Assembly (NCBI GenBank): GCA_964187785.1
Contig: OZ076409.1
Coordinates: 8,000,001 to 8,064,000 of the forward strand
Reading direction: 5' to 3'
Source: Amphiscolops sp. MND2022
Taxonomy: Eukaryota
Length of the DNA: 64,000 nt
Below the pieces are notes generated by a model. The model was given only the letters and a program-made list of their open reading frames with translations. It did no database searches and was not told the origin of the DNA. Shown one piece after another: positions 13,021-26,838 of this stretch. Position 1 is the stretch's first letter. Each line of letters opens with the position of its first letter. The position numbers and the translations under genes were made by a program.

Positions 13021-13882
13021 TCTCTCCCCTGTTCACCTATTGCGAAGATCTGGTATGACATCTTTCGGGAACAGATTTTTTCTAAGCTATGCTAAGTGAG
13101 ATAGGATCTGTAGTTTTTGTACGAATTCAAAGCAAAAAATACAAATGTAATCCATATGAAAGTTTGAAATACTTTTTTTGTCCAACGAATATTGAAAATT
13201 TGAACACTGCATGTATTGTTTCATTTTTTCTTTTCCTTAAGAAGGTCAAAAATTTCTGAGCCTTTCATTAGCAACCTTCAATCGACGTAGCAGTGGCCCA
13301 GTTGTTTGGTTCCATTCATGTTTGAGTGGGTAATTACTAGTTGTTTTTATTTCTTCAAAAAATGCATTGTAACCTTTTTAGAATAGCTGGCAAAATTATC
13401 TGTCATGGATTTCCGTTTTCTTCACCGAATTTACAATATGCCTCAAAGGGTTCTTTTCAACATTATGATTTTTCCCATAATCTTTGGCCGGCTACTAATT
13501 TTCTGTAGACAGTGAGATTAGTATGAGTCCTGTTGACTTTCTCTGGTATTAGTATGAGCAAAACTTTCTTCTGCCTGAAACTATTACATCAGATTGATTC
13601 CGCTGGAAAGTTTTTGCTACTTGGTCGAGAGGTTACTGTAGACGACTGAGTGTGGTGATTGGGGCTGGGAACCAGGTGTAGGTGGTTTCTAATCCCGCGC
13701 TGGTCTAATTTTTTCTAATTTTTACAAAGGTGGAACTTATATATTATTAATATTGTGAAGAATCCACAAAACAATTTCCTCATTTCTTGAAAATTTCATT
13801 TTTGCACTACCAATATTATTGTCTGAATTCTTCGGTCAAATTGGCGGCACTTTGAAGCTCACTTTTTCCTCATTTCTAGAAA

Positions 13883-14248
13883 ACACATTTTGGTAGTCGC
13901 AAAAGTCAATTTTCCTCAATTCTTGAAAAAACCAAAGTTCCCTGCTTGGCGTCGTAATGAAGAGGTCACGTATTGGAGTTTTTCAGCACTGTCCTATTAA
14001 GAAAATTTGAGAACACTTAGGTTCAATTTTTGAGTTGGCTCAAAATCTAAAGTGCATTCAGGGGTACCCCTGAATGCACTTTAGATTTTGAGCCAACTCA
14101 AAAATTGAACCTAAGTGTTCTCAAATTTTCTTAATAGGACAGTGCTGAAAAACTCCAATACGTGACCTCTTCATTACGACGCCAAGCAGGGAACTTTGGT
14201 TTTTTCAAGAATTGAGGAAAATTGACTTTTGCGACTACCAAAATGTGT
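13883..14248. repeat. Perfect spacerless palindrome, 2 x 183 bp
   Basis: Centre ...TTCAGGGGT|ACCCCTGAA... at 14065/14066; the arms read as exact reverse complements out to acacattt/aaatgtgt. Confidence 0.95.
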
Positions 14249-15030
14249 AGTGCCAAAAATGGCCGTTTTGACTTTTAGAATTATTTTTACCAAATTCAAA
14301 AATCTGAATGATATGCCCTCTGAGTTTTCTTGGCACCGGGCGATTTTTAGGGAAAATTTCTTCGCTGTGTTTTTCCCTATATTGTTGGTAATATCAAGTT
14401 ATCTCTTTTTTTTGCTTTTTGACGTTCCTCGGTTTCCAAGTTCCAAGTTGAATCCAGACCACTCATTTTCTTTTTGTTTGTTCACAAAACGCTCGAGTGA
14501 AGCGTCTTAAGTCCGTGCAAATTAACTTTTTTGTCAGAGTATCCTTTGTTTAACACCTGTCGCAGTGTGTTTTGAGCTGCGGAAAACTTCCACATTGTTC
14601 AACTATTTGTTGACACTATTCAAACTCAAATTCAGTAATCGTAATTGTAAACTCAACATTAAGCATTTTTTTTACCTCATTCAAAACCTGCTAATACGGT
14701 TTTCGAGACAAATCAGTCACTCACATTCCAGTTTCATCTGTTCGAGAAAAAAGTACCATAAATTTGTTGTACTCTGCTATCAAGCTATCCTTTCAACTGC
14801 GACTTAAAAGTGTTTCATACGTTTTGCATAGCCGAGTGCTAAACTACGCGATGTATTGTATTCGCAGAGAAACGTGTTCTAGCTCAGAAACGTCTCCCAA
14901 GTTTTTCCATTGTTTTTGCGAAAAACCAGAAAACTGAGATGTGTTGTATGTAGAGCATACACGGAACGAACTCAATGTATCCCGTTAATTGATCTCAGAT
15001 ATTAAAATTATCTCAAAGCGGCTATCAATT

Positions 15031-15848
15031 TACAAGACGGGAACGTCTCAAGTCTTAGGCGCTATACCTAAGGCTCGAAAAGCGCAAACCTAATGAAATA
15101 TCCTCAGGACTTTTTCATGAAAAACTTCCGAAAAAGTTTCGAAAAATGCAGAGGGTAACATTAGTACTCGGAAAACTCTTCAGTAGTTCGGATATAGCGT
15201 ACTGAGACAAATGCGAACGCTTTTTTGACCATACGGCTCCTCCTCTGTAGACGCAAATTACATCGGATATCGCGTTCAAAGTTCGGGTATAGCGTGCTGG
15301 GACAAATGGGAGCGCTTGTTTTAGAACCACTGCCTCCTCTTTATTGAAACGCAATATAGTTCGGATATAGCGTCAAAAATTCAGATAAACCGCAATATTT
15401 CGAACCTCTACCTACAAAATTCAGATAGTATTGAAATTATTCATCGGTGGATATTTTTTGAGAAAATCTAATATGAGACAAAAAATGAGAAACTTGAACA
15501 GTCTCATAGTGCCAAAAAATGTAAAAACGGGGACCATGTAGGATTTTTTAACATCCTTCCTGTTACAAAATATCAAAAAAAAATTTGAGGGGACCCTTTG
15601 AAGACAGTGGAAATTTCCCGGAAAAAAAAGAAAAATGAGATTTTTGTACAGTGTCACAGTGCCGAAAAGTCTAAGTTGAAAAACCAAGATGGCAAGAGTG
15701 GGGATCCTTAGTCTATTTTTGAGGTTCTGAAGTTTCGAGTATGTTTTGGACCGTAGTTTAAGTTGAACAAATAAACAAAGAAGTAGACCTTACGCGTCTA
15801 AACTACCCACTGTAAGAGTCTGGCGCTTTTCAAAAGCGCCAAAAAAAT
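15031..15848 (+). mobile_element. HINE family A copy with internal insertion
   Basis: Starts tacaagacgggaacgtctcaagtc, ends gagtctggcgcttttcaaaagcgccaaaaaa. Confidence 0.6.
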
Positions 15849-17070
15849 TTCATTTGATGAATTTAAAGAGTTAAACATCTTCAAGCCAAATTATATCAAG
15901 CCTCAATGAAACAAGCCGCTCAAAGTTTTAAAAAACCAAGTTCTTAAAATGTGTAAAGGGACACTTTCATAATGCCGGAAAATACCCGGAGATATCCATC
16001 ACGGCCGCTTTCTCTTAACTGGGAACGTCAAAAACATTTTGAAAACAGTTTCGAATTTTGTCTCTAAAAAGTCTAGAGGTGACGAAGAATGAGGTTTCAG
16101 CTCGCAAAACGCTTTTTTCAAGCCGAAACCATTTATGAAAGTTAAAGTGGTACTACCCTGCAACCAATTAAAATTTTTTACGAAACGTTTCACAATTATC
16201 GAGAAAACTCCCACCAGTTCTACAGGAACAAAAAAGTAATCAAAAGGGCACCCTCAGGACTCGAAAAAAATAGTTTTTTTTTACAGAAAACCTCAAAAAA
16301 ACATAAAATATGGAAACTTTGCTTCAACGTTTTGATTTTCAAAACTATTCTTCAAAGAAGCCCATTGTGCCGAAAAATTACTGGGCCCCCTTAATGAACT
16401 TGCTTGAACTTTTTACATGTTCTTTAAAGTTGCCATCAACTTTTTAAATGATTTTCTAAAACTCCTACGGAAACTTTAATGCGTTAATAATTCCCTGTTG
16501 TCATCAACCAACTTTTATCAAGCTGCTTGAACGTATCATCAAAGCTTTGGCGGCAATTTCCAGCCGTGAAGTTCTGCAAGTTTTATTATGCATCAGTTTT
16601 AATTTTAATAGCAGCTGAGACGTCAAAAATTTTGCCGCCATTTTACTGCAAAATAACTTCATTCACAATGTAAATAACAAACTTGCGTCATCTTCAGTGC
16701 TCTATTTGAGAAGCGTTGATTAAATCAGATGAGTAGTTGAGAAATTAAAACGTGAATACAACGTGATCCTATCCGTAAAGAAGCGGGAAATATTTTGAAA
16801 TTTAATTGCAGTAGTGGAAAATGCAGTCTAATTCTCCAAGATTAACCACCGGATGCTTCCTGAATTTTCTAGGTTTTAAAAAAATTAACCTGCGTGCAGT
16901 CCTGCAGCATGTAAGAAGTTCAAGCAGTCTCAACTAGGGCCTCTATGCCCGCAAAGCGCTGTTTCGGCTAAAAATCAAAGGGCCACAGTTGAAACTACTC
17001 CGAAAAAACTCGGTCTCACCTCTACTTTTGCAAGCATAAAAGATTTTTAGTTTAGTGGCAGACTGGAACC

Positions 17071-17470
17071 TGTGATGCCATGATGCATGTCCTCAAAGAT
17101 TCTATAAATCTGAAATACTCTGAACTCTTAACCAAAGCAATTAGTAAATGTAATCTAATTTAGAAGCTAAGAAACTTCATTTAATAGATCCTGTATCAAG
17201 CTCCCCTGATTCATCCTGTTGCTGTCAATTGTTAATTGATGTAACCTACCCTAGTTAATAGAATATATCTACTCGGAGAAATTGAGAATTCATCCTAACA
17301 ATCGGTCTTCCTCCCGCACTTCGATAACTGAGATCTCAGAAATAGATTGTACTCAGAACTAGCTAGCTACAAGATATAAGATAAGACGACTCCGCTGTTA
17401 AAATCTTAGACTTCTTATGACAGTACTAACACTCCTAAAAGAAACCACCACACAACTTTTTAACAGCTCA
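17071..17470 (+). repeat. 5' LTR (400 bp)
   Basis: TGTGATGCC...AACAGCTCA; differs from the 3' LTR at about 4 positions (3 substitutions, 1 indel, counted by eye). Confidence 0.97.
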
Positions 17471-17472
17471 AT

Positions 17473-17482
17473 TGGTGCGACC
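17473..17482 (+). promoter_or_regulatory. Primer-binding site (TGGTGCGACC), tRNA not assigned
   Basis: TGG (complement of tRNA CCA) 2 nt (AT) after the 5' LTR end. Confidence 0.7.
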
Positions 17483-18163
17483 AAGAAAATTCTTCTTTCT
17501 CTCCCATTCATTTCACACATCTACAATTGTTGTACCTCTTTCCTCGACTTTCTCATACGCTATCTCTTTGTTCGACACACAGTTTCTCCACCTCTCAATA
17601 TCGCCTATCGTTACTAACTTCAACGTTGCAACCAATTTCTATTTGAAATTGATCCGTGTTGCTATGGTTCTGACTGCGTTTCTCAACGTAATTCCTGTCA
17701 GTCATATTTCTTGGTTCTGACTACGTTTCTTGACGTAATTCCTGTCAGTAAAATTTTCGTTCCAACCACCACTGAGTGAATTTGTGTTGGCTTTCTCTCT
17801 TTCTTCCGTTCCAACCGCAGACGTGCGATACGTGTTGGCCCTTCTTCAGTGCTATCCAGCGATTCCTGCTAGTAGAAATCTCCTTGGTTCTAGCCGCTTG
17901 GATCAACTTTAAAGTTGGCACACATATATAACACATATTTTTTACATAACATAATTATAATACTTTTCTTGTTCTCTCCTCTATAGTACAAATAACATAC
18001 AAAACTCTTTTAAAACTAGCTTACGGATCCAAATACATAACAATTAATATATATAACACATACATCACATATTTCTTTATATAACTTTCATTTTTCATAC
18101 ACCTATATACAACAAATTTTTGTACAACTTCTTTGACATACTCTTAATAGAACTTTATTGTAT

Positions 18164-18545
18164 ATGCCGCCTTCAGTAGACACTATAGTTAAACTCATTG
18201 TCTGCTTTTGGTTTTTTGTTGCTATCATTGCCGGTCTTGCACTCTTTTTGGACAAATTCTTAATTTCATTCATACCAAAACTTTGTAGTACAACCTTTTT
18301 CTTCTATGTTAACAAGTATAGTACTACCTCTTTTTGGACTACTTAGTATCTACCACACTTTCCATACACTTATTCAATATATACAAAACCCATTCCTTCT
18401 TTTCATAAGTATTGCACTTACTATTTTCTTACAAGTTGTTTTCATAGATCAAATTTTACCATATAATTCACAATTCAATACAAAATATCTTCTTTTCCGA
18501 TACATCTATCCTTTATGGCAATCTTATTGTACTAATCAAACTTAA
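18164..18545 (+). pseudogene. Accessory ORF0 upstream of gag: small hydrophobic membrane protein, one frameshift
   Basis: ORFs 18158..18346 and 18306..18545 join near 18340 (WTT/LSIYH). Hydrophobic segments LIVCFWFFVAIIAGLALFL and FLLFISIALTIFLQVVFI. Stops 9 nt before the gag ATG. Confidence 0.5.
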
Positions 18546-18554
18546 TATCATATA

Positions 18555-21500
18555 ATGCTTCCCACTCCATTTACAGTCACTACTGACAAAAGACAAAATC
18601 GATCTCTTATACAAGATGTAACACCTTTTCTACAAAACATTATCTTTCAGTACACAAACCCACTTCCATTTGAAACAGAACCCCATATATTACATACTAT
18701 TCCATTAGTACGAGAACATTGTGATTCTTATCTATATTATATCCACTATAAAACACTTGATATTACACCATCACAAATCCCATTTCAAGTTATTTTTAAC
18801 CCTGTTAAAGGAATAAACCTTGGAACGTTTTATAGAACTATACACCCACAAAATATTACACTTTCTATACAAGATGTTTTTCACACATATATGCAAAAAC
18901 TCATTGAATTCAATGAAAACCAAGACACACCACCTTATCGTCCTTCTCATTTACAAGAACTAAAACACAGATCTGAATATTTCGAGGTCCCAGATCTTGA
19001 CACGAAAGTCCAACGACATGATAATCCTCATTATTGGTTACAACGAGATATCTTACAAATAAAACATTTTCAGTACAGATTCTTTAACAACATTATTCTT
19101 ACAGATGACACTATACCTCAAGTCAAATTTTTTACACAATTCCTATTAAAGTTTCTTAGATTTAACTACCAACTAATTTGGGAACAAAAAGATCAACAAG
19201 CCTATGTTAACTTCCCTCAAATATTAACACATATAGAACTCTTACCATACATCATAAAAAATGAAAACAAACATTTACATTACCGAGATCTTACTTCATT
19301 AAATGTTACACATTTTGAACAAATAAACTTAGATCACAACTTTGTACTTGAACATTCTGAAACATCAGATAACAGACCCTTTACTACACCTGATACTTCT
19401 CATGAAACAATTCCTGAAGAATAACCTAGTGTTGAACATTCATATACAAGACAACAATCAGAACAATCGGAACAAGAATCTCCAGAACAAGAAGCCCTTG
19501 GTAATCTTTTTCAAAATCCTGATCCTCCTCAAGAACAACCATCATACCCACCATTATCACAAATCTCAGATATGCAACAACCAAATCCTTCTGAAACAAA
19601 TACAATTCACAATACATCAGAATTTTCTGAAGAAACAGTACAAAATACACGAAGTTTTACAATAACCGATGATTCAAATCTTATAATAATTCCCACCCAC
19701 AATATCACACAAAATGAATTTACAAACCAAAATCAAGACAACACTTCAAATACAAACCCAGACAATACCTCTATTTTATCTACATCTAATACTAATATTA
19801 CTCAACACTCTCAGACACAAATACTATCTCCTCGAAATTATAATCCACCTTGTGTTCCACCTCAATTCTCAACTCAGATAAATACTCATGACTCCTCTCA
19901 ACAAAGCTCATCAAATACACCCTACATTGCACAAAACAATAATACAGTACATTTTCAAACACCAACTCCACCATTATCTTCTGAAATACACACTTCGACT
20001 TATACTCCAGCTCAAACCAACTCAGTACAAACTACACAACCTACCTTAAACATTAACACCATCCATTCCAACCCATCTACAAATTATACCACTGCCAGAC
20101 ATCTTTCTCCACCTCCATTACAACCTATATTAACTAACCCATTATCATACAGTCTCACCAGTACTAATCCAAGTCATACACAACAATCTCAGATAAATTA
20201 CAACACTTCCAATCCATTAAATACTCTTTCTTCTCAACATACATCCAATACAATCACTCCTACATTACAAACTTCTCAATTTCAAATACCAAATCCTCCT
20301 TAAACAACAATTAGAACTAACCCTCACTTTTATAATACTTCATCTACTTCTTTACCTAATATTTCAAATAATCCTACGTACAATACAACACCCCCATCTA
20401 CTATATCTCATAACACTATGTCACACCCAACATATATTAACTCTTCTACTTATATATCAGAACCCATTAAACCTTTTGAAGGACTCGATCACAATTATAC
20501 ACCTGAAGAATATTTACAACATATTGAGGCACGTGTTACATTTTCCTTAGGTTTACAACCTACATCGGATCATGAATATAAATTTTGGCACGCCCGTCGC
20601 ATGGCTTTCATACAATGTTCTTTAACAGGTACAGCACTAAGCTGGTACATTCGTTTAAACGACACTTATAAACATGATTGGCACGCTTTTATACAAGCTT
20701 TCAAAAAACAATTTTCTTCACAAAAGAACGCTTACTATGCTCACGTTGAAGCCCTTAATTTAACAAAAAAAGATAATGAAACAGTACGTCATTTTGCACT
20801 CAAAGTTCAACAGCTGGTTGAAAAAGGCTGGTGTAATGAGAATGCATCTACTATAAAACCTTAAATGTAATGAAATCTTTACAAAAGGACTTCCAAAAAA
20901 CCTTAAAGATTTTGCAAATAAAAGACAAGTAAAACACACCTCCACTGTTCTAGAACCTTCAATTCCTTTTCATACATTAGTAAAACTTGTTGATGCTGAA
21001 GACATAGCAAACGACAAAATCAGATCACATGATCTTGCACTTGAAATTAATAATATTACAAAACAATTGAACACTCAAACTCTTGATCACTCATCTCAAG
21101 AACAACTTATGTATACACAACCCAAAGACCCAAACAACAAAAATAAACCTGCATATAAAAATATTGCTCATATTGTCATAGAACAAATCACTCCATTTCT
21201 GCCTGTTTCAAAAAACAACGAGATGATGAAGATAAACGAGAAGCATATGCTCGAACAAAATCTCCACAAAAATCATTCGTTCAGTACTTTCGTTCTCCTT
21301 CCAATGACAGAACAAAACACTATGATAATCGATACCGAAGTCGAAGTACCTAACGAGACAACTCTTACAACAAAAAATTATTCACAAAACCGATACCGTT
21401 CTACATCTCTCGATAGAGACAGATTTCGTTACGACAAAAGTACTACTCCTCCACACTACTCTAGAGCAAGATATGATACATACAAACGTGATTCTCGATC

Positions 21501-24500
21501 TTACCGTTCTCCTTACAGATCTTCTTATAGATCCCCATATCGACAAAACTCTCGTCCTAGATACAGATCACGCTCCTATTTAAGAGATAACAAATTCACC
21601 AAGTACACAAATTCATATAGACCACCTTCAAGACCAAGAGACTCTAGATTTTCTAGATCTCGCTCACACTCCAATTCTAGAAATAAAGTCAATATGATAC
21701 AACAACAAGACCAAACTGACCCTATCAAATTTGAAGTACACATTTATCACCCAACAGCAATGGCAAATGCTGTCACACCTACAATTTGGTTTTATACACT
21801 AAATGTACACAACCTATCAAGAATAGTACAAAGAGACAACCCATCTAGATTAGAAATTGCATTCCTCCTAGATAGCGGTGCTTCCATTTCTGTACTCAAT
21901 TACCCAACATACATAACTCTTACAAAACTCCTAGATATTAGATCAAATCACACCTCTAATGTTGGACCAACTCGAAATTCCAAAACATTAACCGTTGCAA
22001 ACCAAACTGAAGTTCCTATTTTACATTATGCAAATTTAATTTTGAACACCACTATTGATGAAAACTATCGTTACTTTTCAGTACCTTTCGCAGTAGCTGA
22101 TATCAAATACAACATCCTTGGCACACCATTCTTTGAAGACAATATACAAAACATAAACATACAAGATTTTACACTCGAATTTAAATACCAATCAAAAACA
22201 CACCCAAATTATGCAAAATTCACAACACTCCTATCTAAAGATTATTCATACTTCTCTTACATTTATAGAATTAACTCAAAAACTCAGATACGTCTAAAAC
22301 CCAAATCTTCACAAATTGCACACTTTCCGATCAAAAATTATCATAATCGTCATTTTACAACCACACCACAAAACCACTTCTTTCCTTTAGTACCTCATAC
22401 CTATTTTGCTACCAAATTCCGTAAAAATTTCAATTTCATTGAAGTATTTACAGACGACAAGCCAGATATTTGTGCAACTATTATTCAGAACACTTCAAAA
22501 CATATTGCAACCCTACCTACAAGACATATTGGATACATTGAAGTTCCAATTACTAATGAAAACCCTAAATTCTTCCAAGTTAACGACATTAATACTTTAA
22601 TACATAACGTTACCCATACTTATCATCCTGATATTACTGAACCACTTCCACAGACCAACTATATTGTACAATATGATGATCCTACAACCCCTCCTCCTCC
22701 TCAATTCTCTCTACATCAAATTTATATGACAAATAACGACATTCCAAATCAAACTTCTCCTTTATATAACGTTCAGCCTACTTCTCATACTTCCGAAAAA
22801 CGCATTTTCCCTTCTCTACCATATACTTCTGAAAATCTGAAATTTATTAATAAATTTAACTTCCAATTTTCTGACCTTACAGATTCAGAATACATTACTC
22901 ATTGCAATATGTTACTCAAATATAAAACATGTTATGCAACTCATAAAAACGATGTTGGAAAACTTTCATTACCATTTCGTATACGACTTAAACTAAATGC
23001 TCAACTTATGACACAACGTCCTTCCAAAGTCCCTATCCACTACCGAGACAACCTTAACGTACTTCTCAAAGAACTCGAAAAATATAACATTATCAAACAA
23101 ATTGGTTCTTCTCCTCAAGACAAACCCGTTTATGGCACAACTAATTTAAACCCTCTTATTATAATCCCCAAGGGAGATACAATAAAATGTGTATTAGACG
23201 CTCAACATCTTAACTCCAATACAGAACAATCCGATGAATCTTGGCCTATTGAACCTCTTGCTCCACAACTAGCACGCGCAAATAAAAAGTACAAATCTGC
23301 TATTGACCATATGTATGCCTATGCACATACACCTCTTGACGAAGATACTATAAAACTTACTAGTTTCTCCTCCGGAGATAAACTTTTCGCTTTTATCCGA
23401 GGCTTTTATGGTCTCAAAGGACTACCAAACTTCTTTACAATACAAATGTCTACTTTCTTTAAAACTCTTATAGAACATGGTTTCGCTCTTGTCTACATTG
23501 ACGATATATTACTTTTATCTGATTCAAAAGAACACATGTTCCAACTCATAGAACAACTACACATTATTAGTACAAAAAACAATCTTAAACTAGCCCCTGA
23601 AAAATCCTTTTTCATGCTTCTTAAAGTCAAATTCCTTGGACATGAAATTGGTTACAATACAATTAAACCAATTCATTCAAAAATTGCAGCTATTCATAAG
23701 ATCCCTTCTCCAACTGGCAAAGTTGCCCTAATTAGTTTCATTGGCGCACTCAATTTTTACACCAAGTTTATTGAAAAACTACATATTAACCTCAAACCAT
23801 TTTACGATCTTTTACATGAGAACACTCCTTGGAAATGGACAGACGAACACGAAAGTCTATTCCAAAAACTTAAATTGTCTCTCACTTCTGAAACAGAATT
23901 AACAATACCAAATACAAAACATCCATTTTTCATTACAGTTGACGCTTCCCTTATTGGATTAGGCGCTGTCTTATTTCAATTGAATGAACAAAACAAAATG
24001 AAAGTCATATCGTACAACTCTCGTATACTTAATCCACAAGAACAAAAACTCTCCACACTTGATAGAGAACTTCTTGGTATAGTACACGCACTTCAAATCT
24101 ATGAATTTCTCATCATAGGTTCTCCCCATCCAATACACATTTTTACTGATCACAAACCTTTATTATATTGTTTTACAAAGAAAGGTAATCTCAGTCCTCG
24201 TTTCTACAGAGCTCAAATGCAATTGACAAAATTTTCAAAACTCAAAATAATTCATACTCCTGGAAAAAATCTCTCTGTTGCCGATATGTTGAGTCGCTCC
24301 TTCACAAAAGCTGAATTACAACTAAACCAATTAAAACATAAACACCTCCCACCACAAATCGATTTTGCACTTTTACAAGATAACACTCTTAAACCTGTAC
24401 ATTACTTAATAAAACATGAAGAAATTTTACCTCATCAAAAACATGACTCTCATCCAATTCCTGCTGATTATGGAACAGATCAATTCTCTATTCGTATCAA

Positions 24501-26752
24501 TGATAAAGGAAATGACATTGTTGTCAAACCGTTACAATCCTTCTCATTCAAATCCATAACTCCTTTTCAAACTAAGTTCAAGACACCTACAAAAAAGAAC
24601 AACAAAACCCTCCATCAACAATCTTTCTTACTTAATGATACTGACGTTACAAGTGATGACGAAGATCATATTTACACCAGAATTCCAAAATCTGACTCTT
24701 CTTTCTTACAAGATACAACATTACAAACAGAAAATTGTTCTACTCTTAAACAACCAACTCACACTACCTCACAAAAATCAATTTCTTCAATAAATGTACA
24801 ACCAAAATTACCATCTCTCACACACTGTCAACATATCATACCTTTCTATGATACATCATTTTTTAAGTACAAAAACTATTTTCAAGGTTTCTTCCTTCCA
24901 GATGATTACTCATTGGACATAAAAACTTTTCAACAACAACAATCCCAAGATCCGGTTCTTAGAACTGTTTATTCTTGGTTATTAAACAATGAAAAACCCG
25001 AATTTGTAACACCTCTCATCACTGGTACTCCATTTTTACATGTATATTACAAAAGATTCTCACAACTTTTCATTGACGAATCCACAAATCTTATTAGTCT
25101 AGATATTACAAACCCCACTGTTATCAACCAATCCTCTACTCCAAATTTTGTACAAGACACTATTCGTATATGCCTTCCTTTCCGACTGTTTAAAGCTGTC
25201 TTTAACAAACTCCATGAACACTCCCATACTGGTATGAAAATCACCTACAATACATTCAAACAATATTACTACATTCCATTCCTTGAAAAATGGCTTTCCA
25301 TTTTCATACATGATTGTATTGAATGTCAACGAAACAAACTTTTTGATATGAAAATTCAAACTGTTCCTACACAATCATTTTCAGAACATGCTCCATCTTT
25401 CAACTATCGAATTTCAATGGACACTAAAGGACCTATTAATCCTCCTTCTCACAACAAATCCTATATACACGTGATAATTGACGCTTTTAGTCACTTTGTT
25501 GTTACAGTACCCATCAAATCAAACAACGCAAAGACTGATATCAAAACTCTCCTACACCATTGGATTATTAAATTTGGACCACCCATATATCTTGTTCCTG
25601 ATCGTGGATCAGAATATGTTAATAAAGAAATGGCACACCTTTGCACACTTATGGGAATTCGTCATTCTCCTAGAACAGCTTACTCTCCTTGGACAAACGG
25701 CCTTGTTGAAGTACAAAACAGAAATCTTGGTACCCATTTACGAATGTTCTTACATGACATACCTAAAGATTGGGCATTCCAAGTCCATATGTACGCTTCT
25801 GCACATAATTCACAACCACTTTCAGAACTCAACATTTCACCTCAAGAAATTGTTTTCCACACCCGACCCAGAATACCCCTTACATTTGATTTGAACCTTA
25901 ACCGAGACACCTCTAAAACATGTATTTCACGATATTGCTCTCAACTTCCAGCACACTCCCATTATGATAAATCAGATTTAAACCCATTTTTCTATAAAAC
26001 ACTTTCAAAACCCATTCCACATTGGTTTCTCGCTGTAGAAACTGCTATGTTACAAATTTATTCTACAGTATACGAAAACACTCTAAGAAAAATCAATTCA
26101 CACGCCTATATTACAAAAACTTACCATGAAGGTAAACCCCTTCCTATTGGTACCTTTGTTTTAAAACGCAATTTTACACGTTCACTTTTCTGACAAACTA
26201 AAACCCCTTCGGATTGGACCATACAAAATTCTTGACAGATTATCAGACGTCACATATGAACTACTTGCACAAGATGGCTCTACAGTCCACGTCCACAGAA
26301 AACATTTAATTCCATATTATCCAAAAGAACCACTCTTAAATCCACACCTGCGTAGTTTTATGCGCTTTTCAGACACAACTCAATTTCAAATTCCACAACC
26401 TATCAAATATGCAAACAGTGATTCTTCTCCTTTTAACTCAGACGAATCGTTGTCAGAAGAAGATTCCCAAACATTTGTAACACCATCATCATTTAGTACA
26501 TCCAATCAGAATACACCATCTATAACATCCAATGACAAGTCTTTGACTCCCTCAACCAATGACAACTCCTTATATAGACATATAATTAATACCCCTCACA
26601 CTAATGTCTCTAGTGACAGATCAAGACACTCATCTAATAACCAAACAACTTCACTTCCTCCTCTAATTGACAGAACCACAAAAACTACTTATAAACTACC
26701 ACAACAACCCAAATTAGATTATAGACTTTTTATTACACCTTCAAAACTGTAA
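18555..26752 (+). pseudogene. gag-pol: gag-pol polyprotein (Gag capsid, CCHC knuckle, RS-rich region, protease, RT, RNase H, integrase with GPY), ~2700 aa, decayed
   Basis: ORFs 18555, 19572 and 20418 are in one frame. Motifs: SLTGTALSWY (gag), CSYCHRTNHSISAC (21165), LLDSGAS (PR), YIDDIL (RT), DASLIGLGAVL/TDHKPL/ADMLSR (RH), H-H-C-C and D-D-E (IN), GPY after 26178. Stops at 19422, 20301, 21351; frameshifts ~20856, ~21160, ~21372, ~26178. Confidence 0.95.
21377..26193 (+). CDS. pol: Uninterrupted pol portion (PR-RT-RH-IN)
   Basis: Part of ORF 21067..26193; catalytic motifs DSG, YIDD and IN SMDTKGP/PDRGSEY/NGLVE are present. Confidence 0.93.
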
Positions 26753-26838
26753 TCCAGTCATTCTATCCGTTGGCTCACTCAAAACTAGTCACTCCAGTTG
26801 AATGAAATATAACCCATAACAAGTTATCTCAAAGATAA

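Noticed and set aside
20856..20870. Programmed gag/pol ribosomal frameshift
   Set aside because: The shift falls mid-capsid and is one of several small indels; a single gag-pol frame with decay or assembly errors explains it better.
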